Shown in pieces: positions 1 through 13,309 of a stretch of 64,000 nucleotides of DNA; positions within the stretch are counted from its first letter, which is position 1, and every line of letters begins with the position of its first letter. Made by a program: the position numbers and the translations under genes. The stretch spans positions 6,871,625 through 6,935,624 of the forward strand of contig CM082579.2 of the NCBI GenBank assembly GCA_040954595.2. The letters are read 5' to 3'. The notes below the pieces were generated by a model. It saw nothing but the letters and a program-made list of their open reading frames with translations. It had not been told where the DNA came from and did no database searches. The stretch comes from Balanoglossus misakiensis. Taxonomy: Eukaryota > Animalia > Hemichordata.

Positions 1-822
1 TGCGGGGGCCATTCAACTAGTGATACTCAAGAAACAAGTCTTTCTTCAGGTATGGCCTACTTTTATTTCACTCCATTTTAATACACTGCATATACTTTCC
101 GGTCCCGTCGCGACGTCATATGTCGACACTCAACCAACCGTAGACACCAGTGTGAAGGGTCGCTTCAGGTCATCCTTCGTGAATCAAGGCAGATCATTAC
201 CAGGAATGTCTCTGTTGCACGTGTATGTCTACGACCGAAAACCTTATAAAAAGTTGTAATTGAAAAAAAAAATAAGCGTCAGTTCAGAAAAGCCAAGCAT
301 TATACCTCGTACTTGTAGGCATTCGCATTGTGCATGTAATCCGGGTCACGAGATTCTTAGTAATAGGGTGTATATTATGAGACAGCTCTTTCGCTTTCGG
401 CCGGGGTGACTCATGCAGTCCGGCTGTCAACAAAGGACTGCTGTCCCGGCGGATAGGTTGACTGTGCCTCGAACCAAGTTGTTTTCATCAACCCATTGCT
501 TGTAGAACGGCAGCCATCCGAGCGAGAGGTACGCGAGGGGATTTTTCTTGTATGCAGTAAGTGCGCCGACCAACAGTATCTGTACGCGGTATTCGACGTA
601 GTTTCCGACCCGTCGTGCAGTGTACATGCGTGTTAATACACATAACTTTCGCTTGCGATTCATATTATGTATAATATAACCCGCCATTCCCGATGACTTG
701 ACCTCTGTCGTTTAGTAACTCATTCCTCCATTCTACCAACAGATCCGGTTTCGGAAGTCTAACCACGGTTCAAGAGGTTGTGCACGTTTTCTTCGAGTTT
801 GTGACACAGTTAGTCAGTCGAC

Positions 823-1495
823 ATGAGGGGACGGGGCCACTATCAGCAAATCCCACCGACCATCAACGATTCATCGATGGAATACGGGTAAGTTTTTATG
901 TGTGTGTGGTAAACTGCGTTTTCGTTGATTCTATGCCGCCTCCATTAACCAATCGGCGGTCACGTTTGAACTGTGTCCACTAAAGACCAGTAGTCGTTCG
1001 CACCGCTTCCGGACATAGGAGCTTGACCCGACATGGAGGTCATGGCCAGGGGGTCATGCTCGGTGCAAATTTTACCCTACCAGTACAGCCAATTTTCAGA
1101 AATAGAGAACTTGCAGGAATCGGTGCAATATGTGTGAATTTGGGCATTTTCCTTTTCATTTGTACGCAGCTCGGGGACTAGTCTTGTTTGCAGTAAATTG
1201 TTCGGCGCAATGCACGCCATTGTGGGGACGGTGTTACCAGTGGCCTTTGCTCTTCACGCCATACATTCGGCAGAAGCGGGGCTGAACGGTGGATTGGGGT
1301 CAACAAAGTATAGTGGCTACTACGTGTACCTGTTGCTTGCATCCATCCTATCACTGATTGTCATGAAAGCGACCGGAATGATGCGGTCTACAGCTGAACA
1401 GCAACGACCACAAATCACCGCCCCTTTCATTAAAGGTAGGATCCCCATTCAGATGACTCTACTGACTGGTATCTCCATCGTCGTCGTCGTCGTCG

Positions 1496-1552
<57 letters not shown>

Positions 1553-3430
1553 CCACCATCATCATCATCATCAGCGGATATAAAACTTATATATTTATGA
1601 TATGCCAAACATGTTATTTTTTGTTTTAGGCGGTGCTGTGCTCTTCATGATTTGTGGCATACTGCTGGGCGGTTTCAAGTTTGTTTCCGTTGTCGACGGG
1701 AGTTGCATCGGGTGCAGTGCGATCGACGCCGTTGAGGCTGCCCTCGGTGTCGTGCTCATAATTCCCCTGACGATATTTGTGTGCAAGTACTCCGAGCTCT
1801 GCATGACGAAGAACAAATCACTTGCCAGGTATGAAATCTGGCCAATCACGTTTCTCGTTTGTTGAGGAGGTTCACGCAAAGACGTGCGCCACCACATGGC
1901 CAGTCGATGAATTACGAGGGCCCTTTTAACCATTCAAGGACAACGTGTGGCAAAAGCTATAAGTGACTATGCACTAACCAATCTGCTATCTGTTCATTTT
2001 GATAGACTCTGTTACATGGCTCTTGATTCAGAATCCCTAAGTCACCGTAGAAACATTCTGTACACGAACACAAATGCATACAATTTACACACGCTTATTC
2101 AAGTAACACGCAAATTCCATATGGCATCTTGGTCATGCGCAAAGCACATGTAGGGGAAAGACATTCTACATGACTGATTCATGATTTGAATTTTTATATT
2201 TTCTCCAGATTTGCTGTTATGTTGTTGTTCGCCACATGCCTGAGCTGCTGGAGTCGGGATTACGTGTCAAAGGTCGTTTCTGACGTCACCAATACTGATT
2301 TCGATTACTCCATATGTACTGTACCGAATGAAACAAGTATCAATGAATCTTCAAACAGTTTGCTTTTAGCCGGACATCGTGTGGCAGGTGATAATTAATT
2401 TTATATGAGTTTTATTCTGTTTGGTTGGTTGAGCAGGAGGGAGGGCTAGTGACTGAATGTGTGATTGAGAGCGTATAAGTGACATATGGATTCCTGACTG
2501 GATCGGTGGAGACATACTTACTAGTACATACACACAGACACACAACACACGTTCATCATTTGTCGTTCATCTTTAGGTTTGCCAAGCAATGGGAGTAAAT
2601 TCGATAGCTTCAATCAAGACTCTTCCGACGTCCTCGTTCCCACTACTTTGACATACTACTTTATAATGTCCGCTTTTATGCTCATCGTGTACGGCAACAT
2701 AGGCGGTCCTCACAACCTTCGCTTTTACGATTCGCCGCGGAAACACCTAACTCTGAGAAGCAGCTGCGTCGGATTGAGCCTCGGTGGTTTGGTGCTGCTC
2801 TTGTCCATTGCCTATGTTGTGGCGTACACGTTTGCCTTGGCCAAGCAGCACGTGGCGCCGGAAAACAGAGACATTCCTATGATCTACTACAGCTTCATCA
2901 TATGCCTGTACCCGTTCACCATTCTCTGCAACTTGACGTCCCATTTGAAAATGCGCCGCGATCGAGGCTGGCTACGGGACGACGCCAGAGAGGGCGACCT
3001 GCGCCTGACGTTGTCGCTGTTGTCCGTATCTGCGTGCGGCGTCTTCGTCACCGCCATATTCAACATCATAGCCGCGGGCGCGAGCTCTCCCGCCGCTCAC
3101 CTACCCACGTTCCTCCTCACTCACGAGTGTCTCAAGGTGCTCGACATCTCCGTACAGGTGGTGTTTTTGTATGACGCGGTCTACCGGCAGCCGCCCGAAT
3201 TTTTCGCTCCAAACTTCACCCGCGAGATCATGATGTTTCAGATCTTCACCAATTTCACGTTCTTTTGGACGAATATTTACGGGCTGAGGGACTCCGACAT
3301 CAGCCCCGTGCAGTACTGCTTCTACGGGTTTGAAACGTGGACGATTGTCGAGCAACTTGCCGCTCCGCTGGCGGTCTACTACCGGTTCCATTGCTTTGTC
3401 ATGTACGCAGAATTGTGGATGTACGGATAA
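823..3430 (+). CDS. Otopetrin-family (OTOP) proton channel-like multi-pass membrane protein, divergent, about 520 aa, 5 exons
   Basis: Exons 823-887, 1170-1435, 1630-1828, 2209-2387, 2577-3430, all GT-AG, 1563 nt in frame. Otopetrin-like motifs: RFAVMLLFATCLSCW (cf. RFGLMHxxATNLxxW), SSCVGLSLG (cf. DCxxxxxGLFxG), VQVVFLYDA, REIMMFQIFTNFTFFW and C-terminal PLAVYYRFHCFVMYAELW (cf. PLxIFYRFHSxxxLxEIW). The start exon is the least certain part. Confidence 0.85.
1477..1573. repeat. (GTC)n(ATC)n microsatellite in otopetrin intron 2
   Basis: Read directly; it produces the poly-V/poly-I tail of the ORF at 1198-1629. Confidence 0.95.
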
Positions 3431-4136
3431 ATAGGGTTGTAGTGGGCGATTACTTGACGAGTTAAGTTACAACCTTTCGGCGAAAGGTAACAATGGGATG
3501 AAATAGCTAGATATAAATACATGAGTGAGTTATGTGCCATTTGGAAAGCCCGCTTTCCGCTCCTCATCAGAACTAGCTGGTTGTTCTCACACATAAAAGC
3601 TTCCGAAAATAAAGTGCCTGTTATCAGCGAATGGCTGTGCAAGGGTAATTTTATTATATTGCTTATATATTTATTTCCATCAAGCAAGCACACATTGGCT
3701 AATTTATTGTTTACCTTTTCGTATAGTTTTTAGACATGCACTTCGTGAGCATATCATCAGAAACAGATATACTTCCCTTAGTAAGTAAGAGAAAAGTTAC
3801 TTGAACTTAAATCTAATATCAAGATCTAAGATAATTTTTTAACACAATAGGTAATGTAAATTACTGGCCCCTGAAAATGATTTTAGACAATATCTGGAAG
3901 CTCTCTCAATACCTCTTTGACCTTTGATGACAAATCGGTGATATCATAGGGGTTAGAGAGAGCTTGAAGGTGGCGGTAGTATCTGATCATGACTGACGCG
4001 GGAGACAGGAAAATCTAACTCCCCAAAAATTGATATTGTTCTAAGAGTCCATTTGCATTTCTCGTGGCGATTGTGCCAATTGTCTCTCAAATTTTTAACT
4101 AAACAGTTCATTTAATACGTATAATTAGGCCGACTC

Positions 4137-4270
4137 GTGTTGTTGTGTTGTGTTATGTTGTGTTGTGTTGTGTTTTGTTGTGTTGCGTTGTGTTATGTTG
4201 TGTTGTGTTGTGTTGTGTTTCGTTGTGTTGCGTTGTGTGGTGTGGTGTTGTTTTGTGTTGCTGTTGTTGT
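4137..4270. repeat. Degenerate (TGTTG)n pentanucleotide repeat downstream of gene A
   Basis: Read directly. Confidence 0.9.
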
Positions 4271-4310
4271 TAACTGCAGTATATGTTTTGCTCAGTGCGG
4301 GGTAACGTCG

Positions 4311-7300
4311 CTATATAACTGCCACGGTACAGGTTGGAAGTAGGTTACTCCAGACACCGTCAAGGCAGATGGTGTTATCAGAGCCCTCCATCAAAAAGCC
4401 GGTATCACAGTTGAACGTCACCACGGATGTGTGGTAGAAATAGGTTGGTACAGTTTTTTGTTGCCCGTTCATCGGCGTACCTGGGTCGGTGCAATCCGCT
4501 GTGAATACAAAAAAAGAATAACGTGAAAATCCATTCGTTGAGAATACCATCCCAAAGAGCCACATTCAATCGTTAATGTGCTCGGTAAGTTCGATAATCA
4601 CCAAAGAGTTACCTATTGAGAGCTTATGGGTAAATGGTACAACCGCTTTAAAAATAATATCGGTGTCTCGATCGATTCATTCATCCACCCAACCTTCCAT
4701 CCATCGCCAGAAAATATTGATATAAATCAACATTCCAAAGTAAATTTGGAGCTTTAGCAGCCAAAGTTTTTTTGTTTTGTTTCCAAAGATTGCATGAATC
4801 AGATTGACATAACTTACCTTTGCAAGCAGCCATGGTGTCACTCCATACACCATTGTCACAAATAATGTAATCAGGCCCTTCCAAAGTGTAACCAGCGTGA
4901 CAATCAAATGACACAAACGAGCCATGGGTGAATTCGCCTGTTTTATCGCCGTTTGGGAATGGTCCGGGGTTATCACAATCCAAGGGTGGATCTGTGACTA
5001 AGTTGGGGCAAAAGTTGTATGAAAGAGAAATAAGTTTAATACATGCACATTACAATCCTTAGTTCATAAAAATATCACATGCAACAGCATTCAATAAACT
5101 ATCTTTCTTGAAATATTTCATCATTGTCTTCAACATGCCACATATAATTATAGTCTATGCTAGATATACAGCGCCCACCTTGGTTACACGTTGGAAGGGC
5201 ATTACTCCAAGCGCCATCATTGCAAGTCGTTCTATCGGAGCCACTCAAAACGAAACCAATATTACAGGCAAACGTCACCACGGATGTATGGTAGAAACTG
5301 ATTGGTACACTAAGTTGTTTACCATTAAGAGGCATCCCAGGATCTTGACAATCAGCTGTGGTTGAACAAATAAAGACAAAACGTCGTGGATATATCTTAA
5401 ATCGGAAAATTTAATCTTAAATTAACCGAAATGTGCCAACGCACAATTTTACTTCACTTTAATAGCAATGATATGATTCCATTTAGCAGTGTCCTGTGAT
5501 TTATCTCATGAAAACAGTCACATAGCCAAAACATAATAGTACAATTACCTTTGCAAGCACCAACGGGGTCACTCCATACACCATTGTCACAAATGATGTA
5601 CTCACGCCCTTCCAGTGTGTAACCAGCGTGACAATTAAAGGATACAGCTGATCCATGGGTGAAGTCGCCAGTTTTATCGCCGTTTGGGAATGGTCCGGGG
5701 TTATCACAATCCAAAGGAGAGGCTACAAGTAAATTTGGGGGAAAAGTTGCTCATTATATAATACGTCATGTGTGTAGGCAAACGGTTTTTGTAGCGTGTG
5801 CCTGATTCAGAATGGTACCACGTAAAGCAGTGTATACATTACTTCAATCATGTCCGGTATAACGGTACGGTGATAAAATATACATCATCATTCAAGATGC
5901 TGTAATTCTTGAAATACTTCTTAACGATCAGATATTGGGTTAAATTCGAAGTTGCTATATAATCTAGCCTACATGTAAGTGAGAATGGCGCTTTGGCCTT
6001 CATCAGCTGTTTTTGTGTTGAAAATGGGTGCCCACCTTGGTCGCAGGTTGGAAGTGCATTACTCCAAACGCCATCATTGCAGGTCGTTCTATCGGAGCCA
6101 CTCATAACGAAACCAGTGTTACAGGCAAACGTCACCACGGATGTATGGTAGAAATAGGTTGGTACGGTAAGTTGTTGACCGTTGACGGGGGTACCAGGAT
6201 CTTGACAATCAGCTGCGAATGGATAAAAAAGTTGCTTAGTTGGTACATATATGACTGTTTCAATCTGTTTATGTTTTATGTTGTTGCTGCTGTTGTGTCT
6301 AACTTGGACATCATGACAATACCTCATGGATGTGAATATTCAAATAGAAAATGAAAACCTAAAAGTATACACACTTACCTTTGCAAGCAGCGATGGAATC
6401 ACTCCAGACACCATCGTCACAAATAATGTAATCAGGCCCTTCCAAAGTGTAACCAGCGTGACAATCAAATGACACAAACGATCCATGGGTGAACTCGCCT
6501 GTTTTATCTCCGTTTGGGAATGGTCCGGGATCAGAACAGTCCGAGGGTGGGGCTATAAGCAATTTGAGATAAAGATGACGATGACATGAAATGCGTTGTG
6601 TGTAAGTAAGTCTATAGTATTCAAGAATACGAGAGATGTGAATCACTCTTACCATAGCATACAGGAACGCTTCCATTCCACTGACCATCGTTGCATAGCA
6701 ACACACTGGGCCCCACTAGTATGTAACCAGCATTGCAGTTAAAGGTGACTAAATGAGAGTGATAGTATTCGCCAGTATGGTAGCCATTTGCAACAGGAGA
6801 GGGACGGCTACAGTCAGCTGGAAAGGAACACCATGACAATTTAGCTCACGCCATTGAACTTACTGTGATAACACTATGCCCGAGATTTATCTTTCTTATA
6901 TTGGCATATTGGACAAGCACCATGCACTGCCTGATATACATGTAAGATATGCATGACTTACCACACGAGTTCAGCAGTGGAGTGCATTCGTAATTGCCAC
7001 AGGTAGCCAGGCAAAGTTCTCCTTGGTTGCAAGGGTAGCTAGCACACGGGCCGTCTGATGTCTTGGAATAAGTAAAATTTAAAGTCTCATTAGCTGTAGA
7101 GAAATTGGTTTAGAACAAGAATCTACCCAGAGTGAACCTGAATTATGGCTCAATGTATACCTATGATATTACTTGAGATATTACTTAATTACCTCTCTCA
7201 TGATATTGGTGACTTCATAACTCTGGGAGTCCTCGTAGTTTACCATGCTCGGTGTGTTGCCTACACTTCCGCTGCTCAACTGGCATATCTTTTGGCTTTT

Positions 7301-8937
7301 ACTGAAGTTGACGGATCGGCAATTGGTTGCTTTGGCGCACCTACGAGTGCAACTTATCGGCGACCTTTCCGTCACAGAGGCGATGATGTTTCCCGGAGAC
7401 CCGTTCGTGTAACCACTCCGTAGATTCATCGACTTTATGCAATCAAACGCAGAACGTCCTAAAGACAGAGGTGATTTCGCGACTTTAATGTGTATATATG
7501 CGATACGTACACGTAACTTTGCTTTATATAATGGGAGAAAACATAACTGACATTATTATGTTATAACTAGCATCTCGAATTACATAAATGACATTGGTGC
7601 ATAACCACGGAACGTTGCCTGATACGCATGACATATTCACTGAACTTTTTGTTGATGCAAAGTACTTACCGCACGTATCGGCCAGCAGCACCGCCGTGTT
7701 ACTTAAATCAGTGAAAGTGAAATCGCCCCAGGAAATGACGTCACCGCAGTTCGTGTCACCGTAACAGTTTCGAAAAATACTCTAAGAACGAGACATATAA
7801 AAAGGGGTGTTTACGAACGAAAATGTGGCGAATCTTTTACATTGGATTTGATTTTATTTTCGCAGGCTTTTCTGTGCTTGTAAGATATAATGTTGAGTTT
7901 CAGATGGGCGCGTTCTTAGACATTACACGGTTGCATAGGTGTAACAAAGGTTTTGATTACAATAAAACATCTAAAACAAAATATAAAAGCAATCTTAGAC
8001 TGTAAAGGAAGCTATTCAATGATATGTTAAAATGATAATTTCTCGAACTAACCTTAACTTCCAACGGACTCAAGATAACCGACCATAGATTGAAATAGGT
8101 GAGATCTCCCGTGAAGGCTTGTCTTCTTGAGAACCCACCGCCAAATACATTCTGCCTTTGCCCAAGAATCATAACCCCGCCTCCCTCGACGACAGCTTCC
8201 GTTGCAAGTCCGTTACCCGAGGACACAGCTTGACCATCTGCGAACACCGCCCACTGGCCGGAGTCAGACTGCCACGTCGTACACAAGTGGTGCCACCTGT
8301 TGTCATAAAGTCCAAATAACGCTGCGGGTGTGGTTTGCGACTTCACGGCGAAAACCAGGTTGCCGTTTTCAGTCAGGAGCGCAATTTCGTCCGTCGAAGC
8401 GGTTGTTGCATAGCTGACAAGAGTGCCGTTTTGGGATGGCTCTGAACTCTTCATCCAAACACAGATCGTCAGGGCGTTCAGGTTCGGTATTGGTCTGGGG
8501 ACAGTCACATAACTCCAGTCGCAGGAGCTATCCATTCGGAATTTCTTGGTCATAAATTCTCCAAATTCTCCACTCCGTAAGCATTCTGCGCCGTCTGGTG
8601 GAAATGGCAACCTCTTACGAATTAAAAAACTCTCAAATCATGTCAATTAGTAAGGTTCCAAAAATTACCGAACGCGAATTGTTGATGCCAACATTATTCC
8701 AGGTTTCTCGACATCAACGAGAAGTATGGGCGCCATATTGAGCACGGGCCGTAACACACGGGACAAAAACCAAATTCTGCATCATATAGACTTTCCTCAA
8801 CCACTTTTCAATGTAAAAATAAAATATTAAAACCTACCTGACGACTGGGTGTAGATCAAGGTAAAGGGTATAATTAAAATGGTTGCCGTGAGCGCTGACA
8901 TCGGGTATATCCTCAGTGTACGGATCCAGGCGTACAT
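4311..8937 (-). CDS. Secreted mosaic protein A: signal peptide, pentraxin, PAN/apple, EGF-like, 7 CCP/Sushi; about 782 aa, 12 exons
   Basis: Exons (minus): 8838-8937 (SP, GCAGCCATG), 8053-8594 and 7670-7781 (pentraxin, HHLCTTWQS, ILGQRQNVFGGGF), 7193-7458 (PAN, CTRRCAKATNCRSVNF...CQL), 6962-7061 (EGF-like, PCASYPCNQGELC), and CCP exons 6653-6817, 6379-6552, 6036-6212, 5549-5722, 5179-5355, 4818-4991, 4311-4498 (stop TAG). All introns are GT-AG; 2349 nt in frame. Confidence 0.88.
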
Positions 8938-10105
8938 GGCTGCACTCCACGTTCAACTTGGCATTTGGTTTCAATGTCACTCTGATCGGAAAGCAGGCAG
9001 AGCACGTATTTTAGAAACATCTATGAATCCACACATATCAATAATAAAGAATTACTTAGGAGAGAAAATTGATATCTGTGCACCAACAGAAAAGATGTAT
9101 ATTTTCGTATGACGTATAAAGAAGTGGATTTTCTTTTTATGAGTTTTTGAGACTTTTATAAATCTATATGAAATCAATTATTTTTCATAAGCGTCGGTTC
9201 TATTGTGGTAATGGTCAGGGTTTTAATGGAGTTCTCGTATCGATTATTGTCCATTTTATAAGTTGTTTCTTGACGCATAGTGGTGTCGGGTGGTATTTCT
9301 ATAGCCTCGAAACAAATATTAATTGTTTTAATGCTAAAGTTGAAACGAAACATTATTGCAGAAACACTTGTCTCAGACATTCAAAACCACCGATGCCCGA
9401 TCGAATCCGTTTACAGTAAACCAGATTCATCGATTCTCATCACGTGTGATACGAAAAGTCGAACAGCTGCAAATGTGAACGAAAATTTGACGAATGCAAA
9501 CAGGTAGGGTGGATGTTTGAAACAGTGTCAGAGATATTCGAATGTGCTGAAATATGACTTAGATTACAGTTCTATGAATGGTGACTTGCAGCAGTGCAAG
9601 ATTTGGAAACATTCATGGTATTTCCGAAGAAAGGGATCAAGGAAATATGTGTGGCAACATTTCGTGGTTGCATTTACACGTAAAGATTTTGGAGGGGGCC
9701 TTGCGCACAGGGACCCCGAGCTTCATCTTCTTTGAGAAGCTCGAAATACAAGTAACTACACCACATGTCTCACTGAATCTTTATTATATTGAACTCTTGA
9801 ATACATGTATACATTGTCTGCACAACAAACACCGCCGAACACGCGAAAGGTGTTTCAGCAAAACTGATGATTTAGTAAATATATCCTAAAGTGATATCAG
9901 ATCAAGCTTTTGCATACAGTAGAACTGATTGCTAATTGAGAACTGTCTAAGGAACTTGAAAGTCCCACACATCACGTTTATGTCGCGTAAGAAATTGCAG
10001 CAACGTGTCACCTAAAATATCACGATCGGTACTATTTCACGTAAACTTTCATTGAAAGTAAGAGATGGACACGGGCATGCACATCGAAGCACAGTTCGCA
10101 CTGTT

Positions 10106-10875
10106 TTACGCCCTGATTTTCATACTTGTGGTTTTCAGGCAGTGTTCTATGCCGTCGATACCGACGCCATACTTTCCCCCCAAGGGGTCGCTGCAGCCTT
10201 GCGCCAGGGGTTTGTTAAATTCGGACATGTAGCATATGACGTTTGTGGTGATCAGCCAGCTGATTTGAATGTACTCTTGCTTGTACCACCACCCCGACTG
10301 AAAGTAATCTCCGCAGTTGTACTCCGGGTTGTTCTCGTTGTCTCTGTCCCGGGTGGAGAACGGCTGCCCGTTGTGATACGTCATCTGGTCCGCCTCGTTC
10401 CCGTCCAGAAAACTACCGATCGTCACGGTGTACAGCGACGCCTCATCACCCACCGAGAAAGCGTCGTATTTCCCCCAGAATAGCGAGTCGGAGAAGTCGG
10501 TGACGTCTACCCGAAGGGTGTACGCTTTCTGTGCCGTCAGAAGATGCATGTTGTCGTTGCCTATCCAGTATCCCCATCCGACCACCCCAAACCCTTCTTT
10601 GTATCCTTGCCAATCGCGGCCGAAGTCAACTGTGCTGTTGGCACGATTCTGTATCACTGTCCACCCGCCGCCGTCGGTCGTCATGTCGCATAACAGTTTT
10701 ATTGGTGTGGCCACACCAACTGGTTTAATGAAGTAAATACCGTCCGCTAGGAGACCAAACGCTTGAATTTCAGCGCAATCAGCAAAAGCTACCGAAAAAA
10801 AGAGGACAAATATGAATGAATTAGGTATTTCTTCTTCGCTATCTATCTCTCTATGTGTGTGTGTGTGTGTGTGTG

Positions 10876-10932
<57 letters not shown>

Positions 10933-13238
10933 GCCTGGCTGCCTGGCTGCCTGCCTGTCAATCTCACAATATTGTCACTTACTTATGCATGACGGCAGCA
11001 GAAGGTTATTCCAAATTCCGTCGTTACAGTCTGTGGTGGCGGTACCATTCAGGTAAAAACCTTCATCACAGAGAAACGTTACAGTACTGCCGTGTTGATA
11101 TCCACCAGACTGTTGCCCATTGACTGGAGTACCGGGGTCTGAACAGCTCGCTCCTGGAAGACCTGTATAAAAAATAAAATTAGATATAAACATATTCTTG
11201 TAATAAGGCTGGGTAAATCATCATGTCACATCATAGCACATCAGGATGTACACCGCAGCCCACTGCAACACATCACGTGCACATGTTACATCACACTAGA
11301 GCACACGCCATACCGAGCCACATCACATCACATCACATAACTCTGATCGGGTCATCCTTAGCAAAATAAAATTGCGGTGTGGTGTAGAATGGCATAGAAC
11401 AGTTCATTCAAGACATGATTAGATGTGTGAGTATACCATACCATCTTGTACACATTGAGGATTAGGATCACTCCAGGCCCCATCATTGCAGAGTGTCGTG
11501 GGCGAACCTTCCAGCGTATAGCCTTGACTGCATGTAAAGGTTACTACGTCACCGTGGTTGTACCCTCCACTATGTCCGCCATTCAGGAGAGTACCCGGAT
11601 TGACACAGTCAGCTGTATGGAAATGTGGAACGTCATTATAACAAATACAAAACACGGGATACACGAATGTCTTAATCACTCTATCAAGAATAATAAAACT
11701 TAATATACACTTACCAAAGCATACAGGCAGACTTTCATTCCACTGACCATCGTTGCATAGCAACACACTGGGCCCCACGAGTGTGAAGCCAGCATTGCAG
11801 TTAAACGTGATTAAATGAGAGTGGTAATATTCGCCAGTATGATAGCCATTTGCAACTGGAGATGGACTGCTACAGTCAGCTGAAAAGAAATCAGAAAGTC
11901 ACGAATAAAGCTATGTCATCACAGCACAGCTCACAGATCTGTACACCAGCCCATGTCACAGTACCGAACGATCAATCACTCTATCAAGAATAATAAAACT
12001 AAATATACACTTACCAAAGCAAACAGGTAGACTTTCATTCCACTGACCATCGTTGCATAGCAACACACTGGGTCCCACAAGTGTGTAGCCAGCATTGCAG
12101 TTAAAGGTGACTAAATGAGAGTGGTAGTATTCGCCAGTATGATAGCCATTTGCAACTGGAGATGGACTGCTACAGTCAGCTGAAAAGAAATCAGAAAGTC
12201 ACGAATAAAGCTATGTCATCACAGCACTGCTCACAGATCTGTACATCAGCCCCCGTCACAGTACCGAACGATCAATCACTCTATCAAGAATAATAAAACT
12301 ACATATACACTTACCGAAGCATACAGGTAGACTTTCATTCCACTGACCATCGTTGCATAGCAACACACTGGGTCCCACTAGTGTGTAGCCAGCATTGCAG
12401 TTAAAGGTGACTAAATGAGAGTGGTAGTATTCGCCAGTATGATAGCCATTTGCAACAGGAGAGGGACTGTTACAGTCAGCTGAAAAACAATCATAAAGTC
12501 ACGAATAAAGCTATGTCATCACAGCACTGCTCACAGATCTGTACATCAGCCCCTGTCACTGTACCGAGCGATCAATCACTCTATCAAGAATAATAAAACT
12601 TAATATACACTTACCAAAGCATACAGGCAGACTTTCATTCCACAGACCATCGTTGCATAGCAACACACTGGGTCCCACTAGTGTGTAGCCAGCATTGCAG
12701 TTAAACGTGATTAAATGAGAGTGATAGTATTCGCCAGTATGATAGCCATTTGCAACTGGGGAGGGACTGCTACAGTCAGCTGAAAAACAATCATAAAGTC
12801 ACGAATAAAGCTATGTCATCACAGCACTGCTCACAGATCTGTACATCAGCCCCTGTCACTGTACCGAGCGATCAATCACTCTATCAAGAATAATAAAACT
12901 TAATATACACTTACCAAAGCATACAGGCAGACTTTCATTCCACTGACCATCGTTGCATAGCAACACACTGGGTCCCACTAGTGTGTAGCCAGCATTGCAG
13001 TTAAACGTGATTAAATGAGAGTGATAGTATTCGCCAGAATGATAGCCATTTGCAACTGGGGAGGGACTGATACAGTCAGCTGGAGAGTAATCAGAAAATC
13101 ATGAATTTATTTGAAGTGTGGTAAACTCTTCGGGAATGCACACCAATAATATTCGCGTGTCGCTATGAAGTACCATATATGCACGAGATGCAAATATCAA
13201 GGCTGAGATTCATATGTACATGTATATATAGAATGGCG

Positions 13239-13309
<71 letters not shown>

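Noticed and set aside
4137-4343. Cys/Val-rich ORFs (also 10812-11123, 22511-22775 and 54361-54618)
   Set aside because: They are translations of simple repeats (TGTTG, TCTG, ATTGY, TATG), not metallothionein-like genes.
11674-13090. Regularly spaced repeats resembling a CRISPR array
   Set aside because: The whole 300-bp unit repeats with no unique spacers, it encodes spliced CCP exons, and there are no cas genes in this eukaryotic context.
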